Shown piece by piece: positions 10,394-19,343 of a DNA stretch of 64,000 bases. The first letter of the stretch is position 1. Each line of letters opens with the position of its first letter. The stretch comes from an uncultured bacterium (lineage in GTDB: Bacteria > Cyanobacteriota > Vampirovibrionia > Gastranaerophilales > Gastranaerophilaceae). Location: assembly GCA_902797965.1 (NCBI GenBank), contig CADBUY010000003.1, forward strand, positions 102,222 through 166,221, read 5' to 3'. The notes below the pieces were generated by a model. That model was not told where the DNA came from. It was given only the letters and a program-made list of their open reading frames with translations, and ran no database searches. The position numbers and the translations under genes were made by a program.

Positions 10394-10552
10394 TTGTGCG
10401 GATATGCGGATTATTTAAAAGGTAATAACAAATAAAGCAGGAAATATATTAGTATAGGATATTTATAATTAATTATTATTTATAATCCTTATATAATATA
10501 CTTCCTGTATTTTTATGTTTCTATGCTTTTACTTATTCGCATATCCGCACAA
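10394..10552. other. Long imperfect palindrome, putative element replication origin
   Basis: ttgtgcggatatgcggat / attcgcatatccgcacaa arms enclosing nested AT-rich inverted repeats, directly downstream of the rep-like gene. Confidence 0.55.
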
Positions 10553-10556
10553 CTTT

Positions 10557-12203
10557 TTAATAATTACTTTTTGGGATTATTTCTGCAACAAAGTTTTTCC
10601 ATTCTTTGTCAGATTTTTCTTCCTGTATAGCTTTTTCGTATTTTTCTCTTGTCCTATCGGCTTCTGATAAACCTACTAAATCCTTAGAATCAAAGAGTAT
10701 GGAGTACTTTGTTCCTTTTGGTGTAGGAAGTTTAATTATCCTATTTTGTTCTATCAAGGTATTTATTATTTCTTCTGCTATTTCTGGCTGTGATTGCTTT
10801 GCACCTGCTACATTATTTTTGTTCAAATACGACCCAAAGAACCAACCACAAGTACATTTATTTACAAGATATAAGTATGCCTTTGTAATATCGACCTTTT
10901 GTGCTGTTTCTGAAAATATTTCTTTTCCTGTATTAAGGTAATATCTTCCTATTGTTATAGCCATATCCATAGTATCCTTATTGATAGTATTGCTATCAAT
11001 ATTTTCTGTAACCGTACGCACTACATGCAGAATCCCTGCAATTTTTGCGGTATGTCCTAAGAACTTTGTATAATATGATTTTAATGCAGGACTTTCAAGG
11101 TTTTTCAAATCCTCCTTCAACTCATATTCAAACTCGTCAAAAAGTTGCTGTGCTTCTTTGTCAAACGTAATTATGTCAAAGTTATCTTTAGAAAAGCCTT
11201 TGTTTAGGAGTGTTTGGAATAGGTATTTCATTTTCACTATTATATCTTCCGATATAGCTTTTTTTGACGTACCGAAGTATGTTCCGTCATCATCATTGCA
11301 TATAGCAAAGACAAACCTCTGTAAGTAACCAGAAGCACTTATTAAATCGTTACCTATTCTTTTAGACTTCAATACTTCTGGCTGAACCCCTGCTGATATA
11401 GTTAATATTGGTTCTTCAATCTCAATAGGGCTTGCACCTTTGCGGTCAATACAAACACTCTGGCATGTCCACAAAGATAATAATTTTGCTCTATCAGCTT
11501 CTGCACCTGCGCCCTTTTTATATGCACCGCAGACAATAGAACCAAGTTCATCACCAAACCACATAATAGATTTATTCTTTGAAAGTAATTCAAATAAGGC
11601 TTCTATGGTAGTATCATTTGTCATTATACGCTTACTTTCACCTTCTTCATACAATAAATCTTTTGTCAGTTTATGCACCTGCTCAAAGCATACTGATTTT
11701 TTAGTGCTTACACCTCCGCAAATTATAGTCCAGAAGTTTAGCGGTAATTCCCAACTTGGAACAGGTTGAACCTTGTTATATCTACTTATGAAAGTTGCTA
11801 AAAGTGATAATAATGCTGTTCCTATAAATTCAGGTGGTGCAACAAGTGCTTCTGAACTTTGTTTAACATAGTCAGATAATAACTTAGGTAGTTTATTTAC
11901 TGGAAAATCCGTTATTTTGCTTAGATTAGCAACTGCTTGTACGTCTTTAAATCCTAATTCAACAGGATAACGCACACTGTCTTTAAATATACAGTGATTG
12001 CAATATCTACTCCCACCACACGCTATAGAGGAGTTAGTGTCTAATTTAACCGTATCTTCATCCTTTTTGTTCATTCTGCCCAAAGAAGATAGCTTTTTTA
12101 AAAATTCCTTTTCCCATTCTTTAATATCGTCATACATATAAGGGTCAAGGTTATTAAAAGCTTCGCAGTGAAGCTTTAGTTTTTCCGTACTAAATACTTT
12201 CAT
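10557..12203 (-). CDS. DUF3987/YfjI-like replication protein (P-loop helicase-like)
   Basis: LNFWTIICGGVSTKKS, DTTIEAL, DELG, DRKG...LTISAGVQP, GYLQRF motifs. Confidence 0.75.
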   Translation of the reverse strand: MKVFSTEKLKLHCEAFNNLDPYMYDDIKEWEKEFLKKLSSLGRMNKKDEDTVKLDTNSSIACGGSRYCNHCIFKDSVRYPVELGFKDVQAVANLSKITDFPVNKLPKLLSDYVKQSSEALVAPPEFIGTALLSLLATFISRYNKVQPVPSWELPLNFWTIICGGVSTKKSVCFEQVHKLTKDLLYEEGESKRIMTNDTTIEALFELLSKNKSIMWFGDELGSIVCGAYKKGAGAEADRAKLLSLWTCQSVCIDRKGASPIEIEEPILTISAGVQPEVLKSKRIGNDLISASGYLQRFVFAICNDDDGTYFGTSKKAISEDIIVKMKYLFQTLLNKGFSKDNFDIITFDKEAQQLFDEFEYELKEDLKNLESPALKSYYTKFLGHTAKIAGILHVVRTVTENIDSNTINKDTMDMAITIGRYYLNTGKEIFSETAQKVDITKAYLYLVNKCTCGWFFGSYLNKNNVAGAKQSQPEIAEEIINTLIEQNRIIKLPTPKGTKYSILFDSKDLVGLSEADRTREKYEKAIQEEKSDKEWKNFVAEIIPKSNY

Positions 12204-12307
12204 TTTAAATATACTCCTTTACCCTGCTAATTATATTTTTGTGTAGCAGGATTTAACTAATGTATAAAACAGACTGGGGATAAAAATCCCCAGCTTTGTT
12301 TTTATGT

Positions 12308-12787
12308 TTACCACTTTTCAATATCATAACAGTCGTCATAAAAATCGGAATCGTCAAAATCGTCAGTATTCCACTCTAAATTCTGAACTTCAACATTAAA
12401 ACTTCTTTCTAAAAAGTCTTGCCCTTTAACTATATATGAACGACCAGTAAGAACTCTGTTGATTCGCTGAATGATTTTTATACTATCTGTCGTTTTTATT
12501 TTTGAAAACCTTTTATCTAGTGGGGCAGAATGTATAACAACTTCAACCACGCTACAAATATAGTCTATGATTGTTATATAGTCTGATTTATACAATGTTA
12601 TGTACTTTACATTTGGTACAATATCTTGTAAATATTGTTTCTGTAAAGTACTTGCACTGTTATCTGCTTCAATAGCTGTGCAGATAAGCTCTTTAGCCAG
12701 TTCAAATTCTATGCGAATTTGCTCTAGTTCTGCTTTTTTATTGAGCCTAGCAAGTTTTTTTAAAATGGTTTTAATTTGCGTTTTCAT
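12308..12787 (-). CDS. Hypothetical protein
   Basis: 159-aa ORF, GAGGT RBS. Confidence 0.7.
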   Translation of the reverse strand: MKTQIKTILKKLARLNKKAELEQIRIEFELAKELICTAIEADNSASTLQKQYLQDIVPNVKYITLYKSDYITIIDYICSVVEVVIHSAPLDKRFSKIKTTDSIKIIQRINRVLTGRSYIVKGQDFLERSFNVEVQNLEWNTDDFDDSDFYDDCYDIEKW

Positions 12788-12926
12788 TGTTTTTACCTCG
12801 TATTTTTAAATGTTCTACTATTGCCTGTGTTATAAACTTACTGATATTCAGGCATTCTTTAGTTTGTAAGTCTTTTAGTTTTGTTCCTATATCCTGCGGA
12901 ACATAACAGGTAAATTTAATTGTCAT
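12771..12926 (-). CDS. Small ribbon-helix-helix (CopG-like) protein, not in ORF track
   Basis: MTIKFTCYVPQDIGTKLKDLQTKECLNISKFITQAIVEHLKIRGKNNENAN*; AAGGA RBS; overlaps next gene start. Confidence 0.6.
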   Translation of the reverse strand: MTIKFTCYVPQDIGTKLKDLQTKECLNISKFITQAIVEHLKIRGKNNENAN

Positions 12927-13054
12927 AACTTTGTCCTTATATATTTGTGTCCGCTAAGGTTTATATCCTTGCAAAATAGAATTTAAAATAAAACTGTTTT
13001 TACAGAATTTTGGTTTTTAGCTCTAAAAACTGTTTCTAGTAAATAATTTAAAAT

Positions 13055-13087
13055 TTTATCTAAACGAAATAATTTCGTTTAGATAAA
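13055..13087. repeat. Perfect 33-bp palindrome upstream of small recombinase
   Basis: tttatctaaacgaaat-a-atttcgtttagataaa. Confidence 0.85.
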
Positions 13088-13112
13088 TCCCCTTATACGT
13101 TACATTCTTTAT

Positions 13113-13139
13113 TGCACCGTAAGTGTTAGGTACGGTGCA
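13113..13139. repeat. Inverted repeat, putative recombinase binding site
   Basis: tgcaccgta-agtgttagg-tacggtgca immediately before the RBS. Confidence 0.65.
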
Positions 13140-13157
13140 GAAGGAAGATGTAAGGAT

Positions 13158-13724
13158 ATGAAAAATTTAGTTGAACCGATTAGAAACAAAAAAGACGTAG
13201 AAGCTATTGAGAAGTATTTGGCAAAGCATAGTTTACGCAATCAGCTTATTTGGGTATTTGGCACTAATACAGGGCTTAGAATCTCTGATATTCTTGGATT
13301 AAATGTTGAAAGTGTTAAGGGTAAACAATACCTTGATATTGTAGAGAAGAAAACTGGCAAATTCAAACGTATCAAGCTGAATAATAAGTTGCAGGATTTA
13401 ATAAAAAAATACCTAATTGAACGTGAGAAAAAATATTACTCAATTACTGGCGAAGAACCATTATTTGTCGGGAAAAAGCATAAAAGATTACACAGGTCGC
13501 AAGTGTACAGATTTATTAATGACGTATGCAAAAAATTAAATATATCCGTTAATGTCGGCACTCACACTATGCGTAAGACTTTTGGCTATCACCATTATAA
13601 ATTTAATAATGACGTGGCACTATTGCAGAAAATATTTAATCACAGCTCACCGTCAATAACCATGCGATATATCGGAATTGCACAAGAGGAATTAGACGAG
13701 TCATACATTAACTTCGAGATATAA
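13158..13724 (+). CDS. Small catalytic-domain-only tyrosine recombinase A
   Basis: TGLRISDIL, GTHTMRKTFGYH, FNHSSPSITMRYIG. Confidence 0.92.
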   Translation: MKNLVEPIRNKKDVEAIEKYLAKHSLRNQLIWVFGTNTGLRISDILGLNVESVKGKQYLDIVEKKTGKFKRIKLNNKLQDLIKKYLIEREKKYYSITGEEPLFVGKKHKRLHRSQVYRFINDVCKKLNISVNVGTHTMRKTFGYHHYKFNNDVALLQKIFNHSSPSITMRYIGIAQEELDESYINFEI

Positions 13725-13894
13725 ATATGGTGCTAATGCACCATTTATCAATGCAACAGTTTATTTAAACTGTTGCATATATTGTTACTGCTTGATTATA
13801 GCACAAATTATTAAAAAACATACGGTGCATAAAAGCATAAAATTGCCGATATTTGCAAATCTAAAACACAGTATTTGCAACATTCGGCAAATTT

Positions 13895-14446
13895 ATGCAC
13901 CAAAATAAATATAATGGTGCAAAAACGTCAAGAAAGGTTATTGGTGCTGAATTGAGAAATAAATTATTATACATGGCAGTAATACTTGCAATACCTGTTA
14001 TAACATTTGCATACCCTTTTAAGTTTGAAACCTGTAATTTGGGGTGGCAACACGTTCACCACGACCACAATGAAGAAAGCTATCAACAGGCATGGTGCAA
14101 CGCACATAACGGAATTATGGAATACGAAAATGAAGATTTTACCAGAGTGGATTGTTTAACCAAAACACACGCAGTAGAGTTTGATTTTGCAAACAAGTGG
14201 GCAGAATCCATTGGACAGGCTCTGCACTACGGCATAATGACTGGCAAAAAACCTTTGGTTGTACTTATACTTGACGAACCAGATAAGCAAATGGTTTACT
14301 TTAAACGCATTCAAAAAATCGGTAAAAAATACAAAATTGATACTGAATACGTCACAAATGATATATTACAACTTGATAAAGAAGGTAAATGTTTGAATCC
14401 AAAATGCAAGTGTAATATAAATGTAGTTATTCACCATGACTTTTGA
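13895..14446 (+). CDS. Hypothetical protein with PD-(D/E)XK-like motif and N-terminal hydrophobic segment
   Basis: RVDCLT..HAVEFD..KWAESIGQALHY; start may be downstream (13973). Confidence 0.6.
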   Translation: MHQNKYNGAKTSRKVIGAELRNKLLYMAVILAIPVITFAYPFKFETCNLGWQHVHHDHNEESYQQAWCNAHNGIMEYENEDFTRVDCLTKTHAVEFDFANKWAESIGQALHYGIMTGKKPLVVLILDEPDKQMVYFKRIQKIGKKYKIDTEYVTNDILQLDKEGKCLNPKCKCNINVVIHHDF

Positions 14447-14516
14447 ACAAAAATATGATAGGATAAGTAAATAGGAGTATAGATACCATAATCTATATAA
14501 GGATATACATAAACTA

Positions 14517-15677
14517 ATGGCAAAAAAATCATTGTGGGAAAAAGAACAAGAGATAAGACGAACCTGCATGCTTATGATTACACATAAGTGTAATTTGAAT
14601 TGTACCTATTGCTATGAAGATTATAAATCTGACCTTCAAATGGACTTTAAAACAGCTATAAGGTTAATAAAAAAAGAAGCTGGACGTGTTAAGCGAAGTA
14701 AAAACATAAAAGGCTTAGAAATTGACCTAATGGGTGGAGAGCCAATGATGAATTTTCCTTTGATTAAAAGGTTAGTAGAATGGGCTGAGGAAGGAAATAT
14801 TGGTGTACCTTATCTGTTTGCAATGACAACTAACGGTACTCTTTTCGGAGAAAATGAAAAAAAATGGTTTAAGAAACATAAAGACAGCATAGTGTGCTGT
14901 TGTAGCTATGATGGCAATGCAGAAATGCAGAAAATGAATAGAGGTACAAATAGCAGTTCTATTGATTTAAATTTTTTCTTTAAAACTTGGAATTTTCAGA
15001 GTTTTCATATGACAGTTTCGCATGAAACATTGCCTAATTTGGCAGACGGGGTTATATATGCTCAAAAGAAAGGATATAAAATAGAAGTTTCTTTAGCAGA
15101 AGGAGTAAATTGGACTGAAAACGATGCACTAATATATAAAAGAGAGTTAGAAAAATTAGCAGATTTTTACATTGAAAATCCCCAATACGAACCTATAAGT
15201 ATTCTTTTGAGGTGGATGAATATAGTTAATCCAAAGAAAGATAAGAAGAAAATTAAGAAATATTGTGGTACTGGTACTTATATGACCGCATATGAACCAG
15301 ATGGAAGTGCATATGGCTGTCATATGTTTAGTCCTATCGTTTTAGGTGATAAAGCAAAAAACATAAAAGACATTAAATATAAATGTGACTCGATTGCAAG
15401 TGATGTAGTGTGTGAACAATGTATTTTAAAACATTTCTGTCCGACTTGTGCAGGGTTTAACTATAGATATAGAGGAAATTTTGGAGATAGGGATAAGAGA
15501 AAATGTGCTTTACACCTACAAGAAGCAACACTATCTGCAAAATTTCAAATAAAGCTAATAGCACAAAGAAAAAATAAACTATCATTAGAAGATGCTCAAC
15601 ATGCAGAACAAGCAATAAAAGCTCTTAATATTATAGAAAAGGTTGTACATAAAGATAAGTACCCATATTATTTGTAA
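14517..15677 (+). CDS. Radical SAM/SPASM peptide maturase (Cxxx-repeat target type)
   Basis: CNLNCTYC, GGEP, SPASM cysteines CGTG...DG..YGCH...CEQC...CPTCAG.NY; adjacent Cys-rich peptide. Confidence 0.88.
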   Translation: MAKKSLWEKEQEIRRTCMLMITHKCNLNCTYCYEDYKSDLQMDFKTAIRLIKKEAGRVKRSKNIKGLEIDLMGGEPMMNFPLIKRLVEWAEEGNIGVPYLFAMTTNGTLFGENEKKWFKKHKDSIVCCCSYDGNAEMQKMNRGTNSSSIDLNFFFKTWNFQSFHMTVSHETLPNLADGVIYAQKKGYKIEVSLAEGVNWTENDALIYKRELEKLADFYIENPQYEPISILLRWMNIVNPKKDKKKIKKYCGTGTYMTAYEPDGSAYGCHMFSPIVLGDKAKNIKDIKYKCDSIASDVVCEQCILKHFCPTCAGFNYRYRGNFGDRDKRKCALHLQEATLSAKFQIKLIAQRKNKLSLEDAQHAEQAIKALNIIEKVVHKDKYPYYL

Positions 15678-15688
15678 AGGAGGCAAAG

Positions 15689-15919
15689 ATGGAAGTATCA
15701 ACTTTAGAATTGCAAAAGGTAAATGAATTGCTCAAAGATTTTATTGACAAAAACGGCACTATTGCAGAAAGAACAGTCATAACAACTAATTGTGCTGGAG
15801 GTAGGTGTTCAGGTTCTTGCACAGGAAGCTGTAAAGGTGGTTGTAGTGGCAGATGTAAAGAGGGTTGCTACGGTGCATGTAAAGGTGGATGCAGTGGTAG
15901 AGCAAAAAGGTATGTCTAA
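15689..15919 (+). CDS. Cys-every-fourth RiPP precursor peptide
   Basis: Leader followed by CAGGRCSGSCTGSCKGGCSGRCKEGCYGACKGGCSGR (9 Cys); AGGAGG RBS. Confidence 0.88.
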   Translation: MEVSTLELQKVNELLKDFIDKNGTIAERTVITTNCAGGRCSGSCTGSCKGGCSGRCKEGCYGACKGGCSGRAKRYV

Positions 15920-16466
15920 TAAAAATCGCTACTCGTTTTGCCTTTTTGATAGTATAACAACAGAATCGACAAAGCCACTAATAGACCTTATAAAAGATAT
16001 GGCAGAAGGTTCTATTTTAGATTTATATATAAACTCTCGTGGAGGTTCTGTTCCTGTTGCAATAGGTGTTTTTAACTTCATAAAAACTATAAAGAATTTA
16101 GAAATCAATACCTATAATGTAGGACATTGTGATTCAGTTGCTATCTTGTTGTTTTTATCAGGTAGTCATAGATTTGTTTTGAAAAATTCCTCATTTTTCA
16201 TGCATTCACTACAGTTAAATTTTACTCAACCTCAAACAATTAATACTCTAGCGGTTGAAATTAAAAAACTAAAAGACGATACAACTACACTTATTAACTT
16301 ATTAACTGAAAATTCTAATATTTCAAGAAAGCAATGGAATTCATTAATGAGTGATAAAGGTACCTTAATACGAGCAAAAAAAGCAGTTACAATGGCATTA
16401 ACGGAGTCTATATTAGATAAATGTTATATTCCAAAAAACAAAAATAAGGAGAATAAAAAATGCTGA
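15912..16466 (+). CDS. ClpP-like (S14) serine protease
   Basis: LYINSRGGSV, CDS (catalytic Ser), FFMH; true start ATG 15912 overlapping the precursor stop. Confidence 0.82.
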   Translation: MSNKNRYSFCLFDSITTESTKPLIDLIKDMAEGSILDLYINSRGGSVPVAIGVFNFIKTIKNLEINTYNVGHCDSVAILLFLSGSHRFVLKNSSFFMHSLQLNFTQPQTINTLAVEIKKLKDDTTTLINLLTENSNISRKQWNSLMSDKGTLIRAKKAVTMALTESILDKCYIPKNKNKENKKC

Positions 16467-16555
16467 AAATTATTGGAGTAGGTATATTCATGTTAATTTT
16501 ATACTATCTAAACAATAAAGCAGGTGAAATATTTAGAGATGTATTTCGAAGATAA
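16460..16555 (+). CDS. 31-aa membrane peptide, not in ORF track
   Basis: MLKIIGVGIFMLILYYLNNKAGEIFRDVFRR*; AAGGAG RBS; overlaps ClpP stop. Confidence 0.55.
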   Translation: MLKIIGVGIFMLILYYLNNKAGEIFRDVFRR

Positions 16556-16576
16556 CGAGTATTATAGGAGGTAGGA

Positions 16577-16777
16577 ATGACAATAGAATCCGTTATACAG
16601 AAAAGTTACACTATTACAATATACGGAGAAAATGGAAGAATTCTTGGCAATATTCCAACGAACTCTGGAGATATGTTAATGGGCTATACAGCAACTAGTG
16701 TAACTGTTAAAAAGGGTAGTTTTGTAAATGTATATAACGAACATGGCTCAATGACATACTCTCAACCTGTATCATAA
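16577..16777 (+). CDS. Small beta-rich hypothetical protein with internal repeat
   Basis: AGGAGG RBS; two YxExG-containing units. Confidence 0.75.
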   Translation: MTIESVIQKSYTITIYGENGRILGNIPTNSGDMLMGYTATSVTVKKGSFVNVYNEHGSMTYSQPVS

Positions 16778-16813
16778 TGAATAAATAAAGATTGATAGGA
16801 GTGATATATTAGT

Positions 16814-17488
16814 ATGAAGATTGATTTTGAACACATGTTTTGGATGATAGGGAAATATCAGTGGCAAGAGTCTTACGAAAAATTAAATAATACAATAAAT
16901 TACGAAGAAGCTCCTTTCAGATATTATATGGCAGGAATATGTATTTCTATTATCAATATTATTGCTTCTCTTATTATTGCATTTAATTATATATTTAAAG
17001 GTCAAGCAAGAGGTGCATATTATGTAGAATATTGTGAGCATAGTAACAATGTAGCTTCAGGAAAAGAAACTTCTGCATTACAAACTTTTTGGGGTACATT
17101 GTTGCTTTTAATGATTATTGTTGGTTTAGTAATATTTTTTGTAAATAAAAATTCTCCAGAAACTCTTAAACAAAATAATACTGATGTCAAAATTGAAAAA
17201 GCAGATTTTGAACCTTACATGCGTGAAATACAAAACGACATTAAGGCTAATTGGAAAGCAAACGATGAAAGTAAAAATAAATTGACAGTTGTATTTTTCA
17301 AAGTTGGTAAAAATGGAGAATTGTTGTCATACAAAGTTCAAAAATCATCTGGCTCACAAATTGCTGACAATGCAGCACTAAACGCAGTTAAATATACTGC
17401 CCCATTTAAGCCTTTACCTAAAAGTTTTAAAGGCAAAAGTGTAGATATTCAGATGAATTTTGAATATACACCTCGTAAGAGGTATTAA
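16814..17488 (+). CDS. Membrane protein with TonB C-terminal domain
   Basis: Two TM segments then YMREIQNDIKANW...SSG...DNAALNAV...APFKPLP. Confidence 0.85.
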   Translation: MKIDFEHMFWMIGKYQWQESYEKLNNTINYEEAPFRYYMAGICISIINIIASLIIAFNYIFKGQARGAYYVEYCEHSNNVASGKETSALQTFWGTLLLLMIIVGLVIFFVNKNSPETLKQNNTDVKIEKADFEPYMREIQNDIKANWKANDESKNKLTVVFFKVGKNGELLSYKVQKSSGSQIADNAALNAVKYTAPFKPLPKSFKGKSVDIQMNFEYTPRKRY

Positions 17489-17489
17489 T

Positions 17490-18473
17490 ATGAGTATCTA
17501 TGACGAATATATTAAAATTTTGAATTTAGGAAAAGAGTTCAAATCAAAAAATCAGTCTGAACAAGAAAAAGAATTAAAAAAAGCATATAGAAAACTAGCT
17601 AAAAAATACCATCCTGATATGTGTTCTAAGGAACAAAAAGACTGGGCAAATCAGAAAATGGCAGAGCTTAATAATGCTTATGAAAAATTAAAAGAGGCAA
17701 TAAATGAAAATCAGTTTAAGCAAGATTCAGATAATAATGATAAAGAGAATGAATACACTTATAAAGAACAAGAGGACAATGTAAGTTCTTCAAATGAAGA
17801 AAAAGCCAGATACAGTAGTCATGGGAATAGTTATGCTGAAAAATTTTACTCTAATCAAAGTGATAGCAGTGCGTTTGGTTTTTATTTAAAAATTTTTATC
17901 ATAATAATTGTAATATCAATATTAGCTATAATATTGTTTCCAAAAGCTAACAATAATAACGCAAGTAGTAGTTATACATATAGTATTAATGATAATCTTG
18001 GAGATGAAAATTATGACAATAATGAAAATGAAACAAAGCCTAAAATAAAAGAAGCTACCAACTATGACACTAATGAGGAATCTACAATAGAACAAAAAAA
18101 TACATTAAATCATATAGAAAATGCAAAAGTAGAAAAACAAGAAACTATAATTCAAAAAGAACCAAATTGGCATGCATATGCTAGTGAAATATCATATCGT
18201 GTAAAACAGAGATGGGATGTTGATTCAAATAGTGTAGAAAACGACCAAGTAACTATAAGATTCACAATGAGAAGAAGCGATAACCAAAGAGGATATGTAT
18301 CAGATATTAAAGTTATTTCTTCTTCTGGTTCATATTATGTCGACCATGAAGCAATTGTTGCAATAAATGGTATATCTGGTCGTTATCCTATGCCAGAAGA
18401 ATTCAATGGAGAAAGCGTAGATATAGAATTAAAATTTCCTATTATGGAATGCACTATTATAGATAAAAACTGA
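17490..18473 (+). CDS. DnaJ domain-TM-TonB C-terminal fusion protein
   Basis: LKKAYRKLAKKYHPD J-domain, one TM, C-terminal SSGSYYVDHEAIVAI TonB-C-like domain. Confidence 0.8.
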   Translation: MSIYDEYIKILNLGKEFKSKNQSEQEKELKKAYRKLAKKYHPDMCSKEQKDWANQKMAELNNAYEKLKEAINENQFKQDSDNNDKENEYTYKEQEDNVSSSNEEKARYSSHGNSYAEKFYSNQSDSSAFGFYLKIFIIIIVISILAIILFPKANNNNASSSYTYSINDNLGDENYDNNENETKPKIKEATNYDTNEESTIEQKNTLNHIENAKVEKQETIIQKEPNWHAYASEISYRVKQRWDVDSNSVENDQVTIRFTMRRSDNQRGYVSDIKVISSSGSYYVDHEAIVAINGISGRYPMPEEFNGESVDIELKFPIMECTIIDKN

Positions 18474-18505
18474 AAAGAATCTTAATGTAAATAAAGGAGA
18501 TTAAA

Positions 18506-18796
18506 ATGGAAGAAAAAGAAATAGAACAGAGAATGAATGATGCTAGAGACAATATCCCATTAAAAGAAGAATTGGAAGAATCTAAAAAAAAGTTAGAAGA
18601 TAAACTTGAAAGGTATGAAGAAAACAAACCTAATCTATATAACAGTGCGAAACGAAGGACTAAAGCATTTAAATTGAGTAAGGCAAAAAATATAAAGAAT
18701 AAATGTCTTACTTTATGTAGAAAAAGTATAAGAATTGGTATATTGATAGTGCTTGGAGTATTTTTATATCAGCTTATCATAAGATTTATAGTTTAG
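18506..18796 (+). CDS. Hypothetical coiled-coil protein with C-terminal TM
   Basis: AAGGAG RBS, 96 aa. Confidence 0.7.
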   Translation: MEEKEIEQRMNDARDNIPLKEELEESKKKLEDKLERYEENKPNLYNSAKRRTKAFKLSKAKNIKNKCLTLCRKSIRIGILIVLGVFLYQLIIRFIV

Positions 18797-18867
18797 GAAA
18801 CTGGCTTCTTTAAATCTTTGGGAATTAATAAAGCAAAAATAAAGTTATTAGTTGGCTATCATAGTTA

Positions 18868-19077
18868 TTACAGTTCATTATTATCTTTTTTAGGCTTTTG
18901 CCTAAACCTAAATTGTTCCCAACTTTCTTCTATTTCCTTATGACTGCGGTATTTATAATTTTTTTCCTCGTCATTTAATTTTTTTAATATTTGTTGCATT
19001 CTTTTACTACTAATAGGAAATACTACATTAAAAGATGAAATAGCAAGATTACTGATAGGTTCAATAGGTGCGACCAT
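18868..19077 (-). CDS. Hypothetical protein
   Basis: 69-aa ORF; MVAPIEPIS N-terminus. Confidence 0.5.
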   Translation of the reverse strand: MVAPIEPISNLAISSFNVVFPISSKRMQQILKKLNDEEKNYKYRSHKEIEESWEQFRFRQKPKKDNNEL

Positions 19078-19178
19078 AAAACATACTTTCTATTAATTGT
19101 GATACCTCATATTTATTTTAAGTCTTTGCTTTGTATTTTTAATCATGCAAACATATTAGTTTATAGTTATTTAACTTT

Positions 19179-19250
19179 TTATAACTCAAATTGCTGTAAT
19201 GTTTCTTCCACGTTATCTAGTATAATTTCTATTGATAGTGTATGTATCCA
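19179..19250 (-). pseudogene. Relic of small tyrosine recombinase 3' end
   Basis: 19179-19217 matches 20018-20056 at 37/39 nt (DNVEETLQQFEL*); HTL motif remnant upstream; no start codon. Confidence 0.7.
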
Positions 19251-19296
19251 TAATTATGGGTGTGTAAAACTCTTTAAAAATCTATGTTTACAAGAA

Positions 19297-19324
19297 AAAC
19301 CACCATGACAACTGGTGGTTTTTG
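19297..19324. terminator. Terminator hairpin
   Basis: aaaccacca-tgacaac-tggtggttt. Confidence 0.6.
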
Positions 19325-19343
19325 CAAATAAAAGGAGTGTGTT

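Noticed and set aside
13830-13852. Second sigma-28 promoter (GCCGATAT)
   Set aside because: Spacing to the nearest TAAA is wrong and the word is part of an inverted repeat
15792-15911. N-terminal extension of the ClpP ORF (possible overlapping gene)
   Set aside because: It is the alternate frame of the Cys-rich precursor; ATG 15912 is the plausible start
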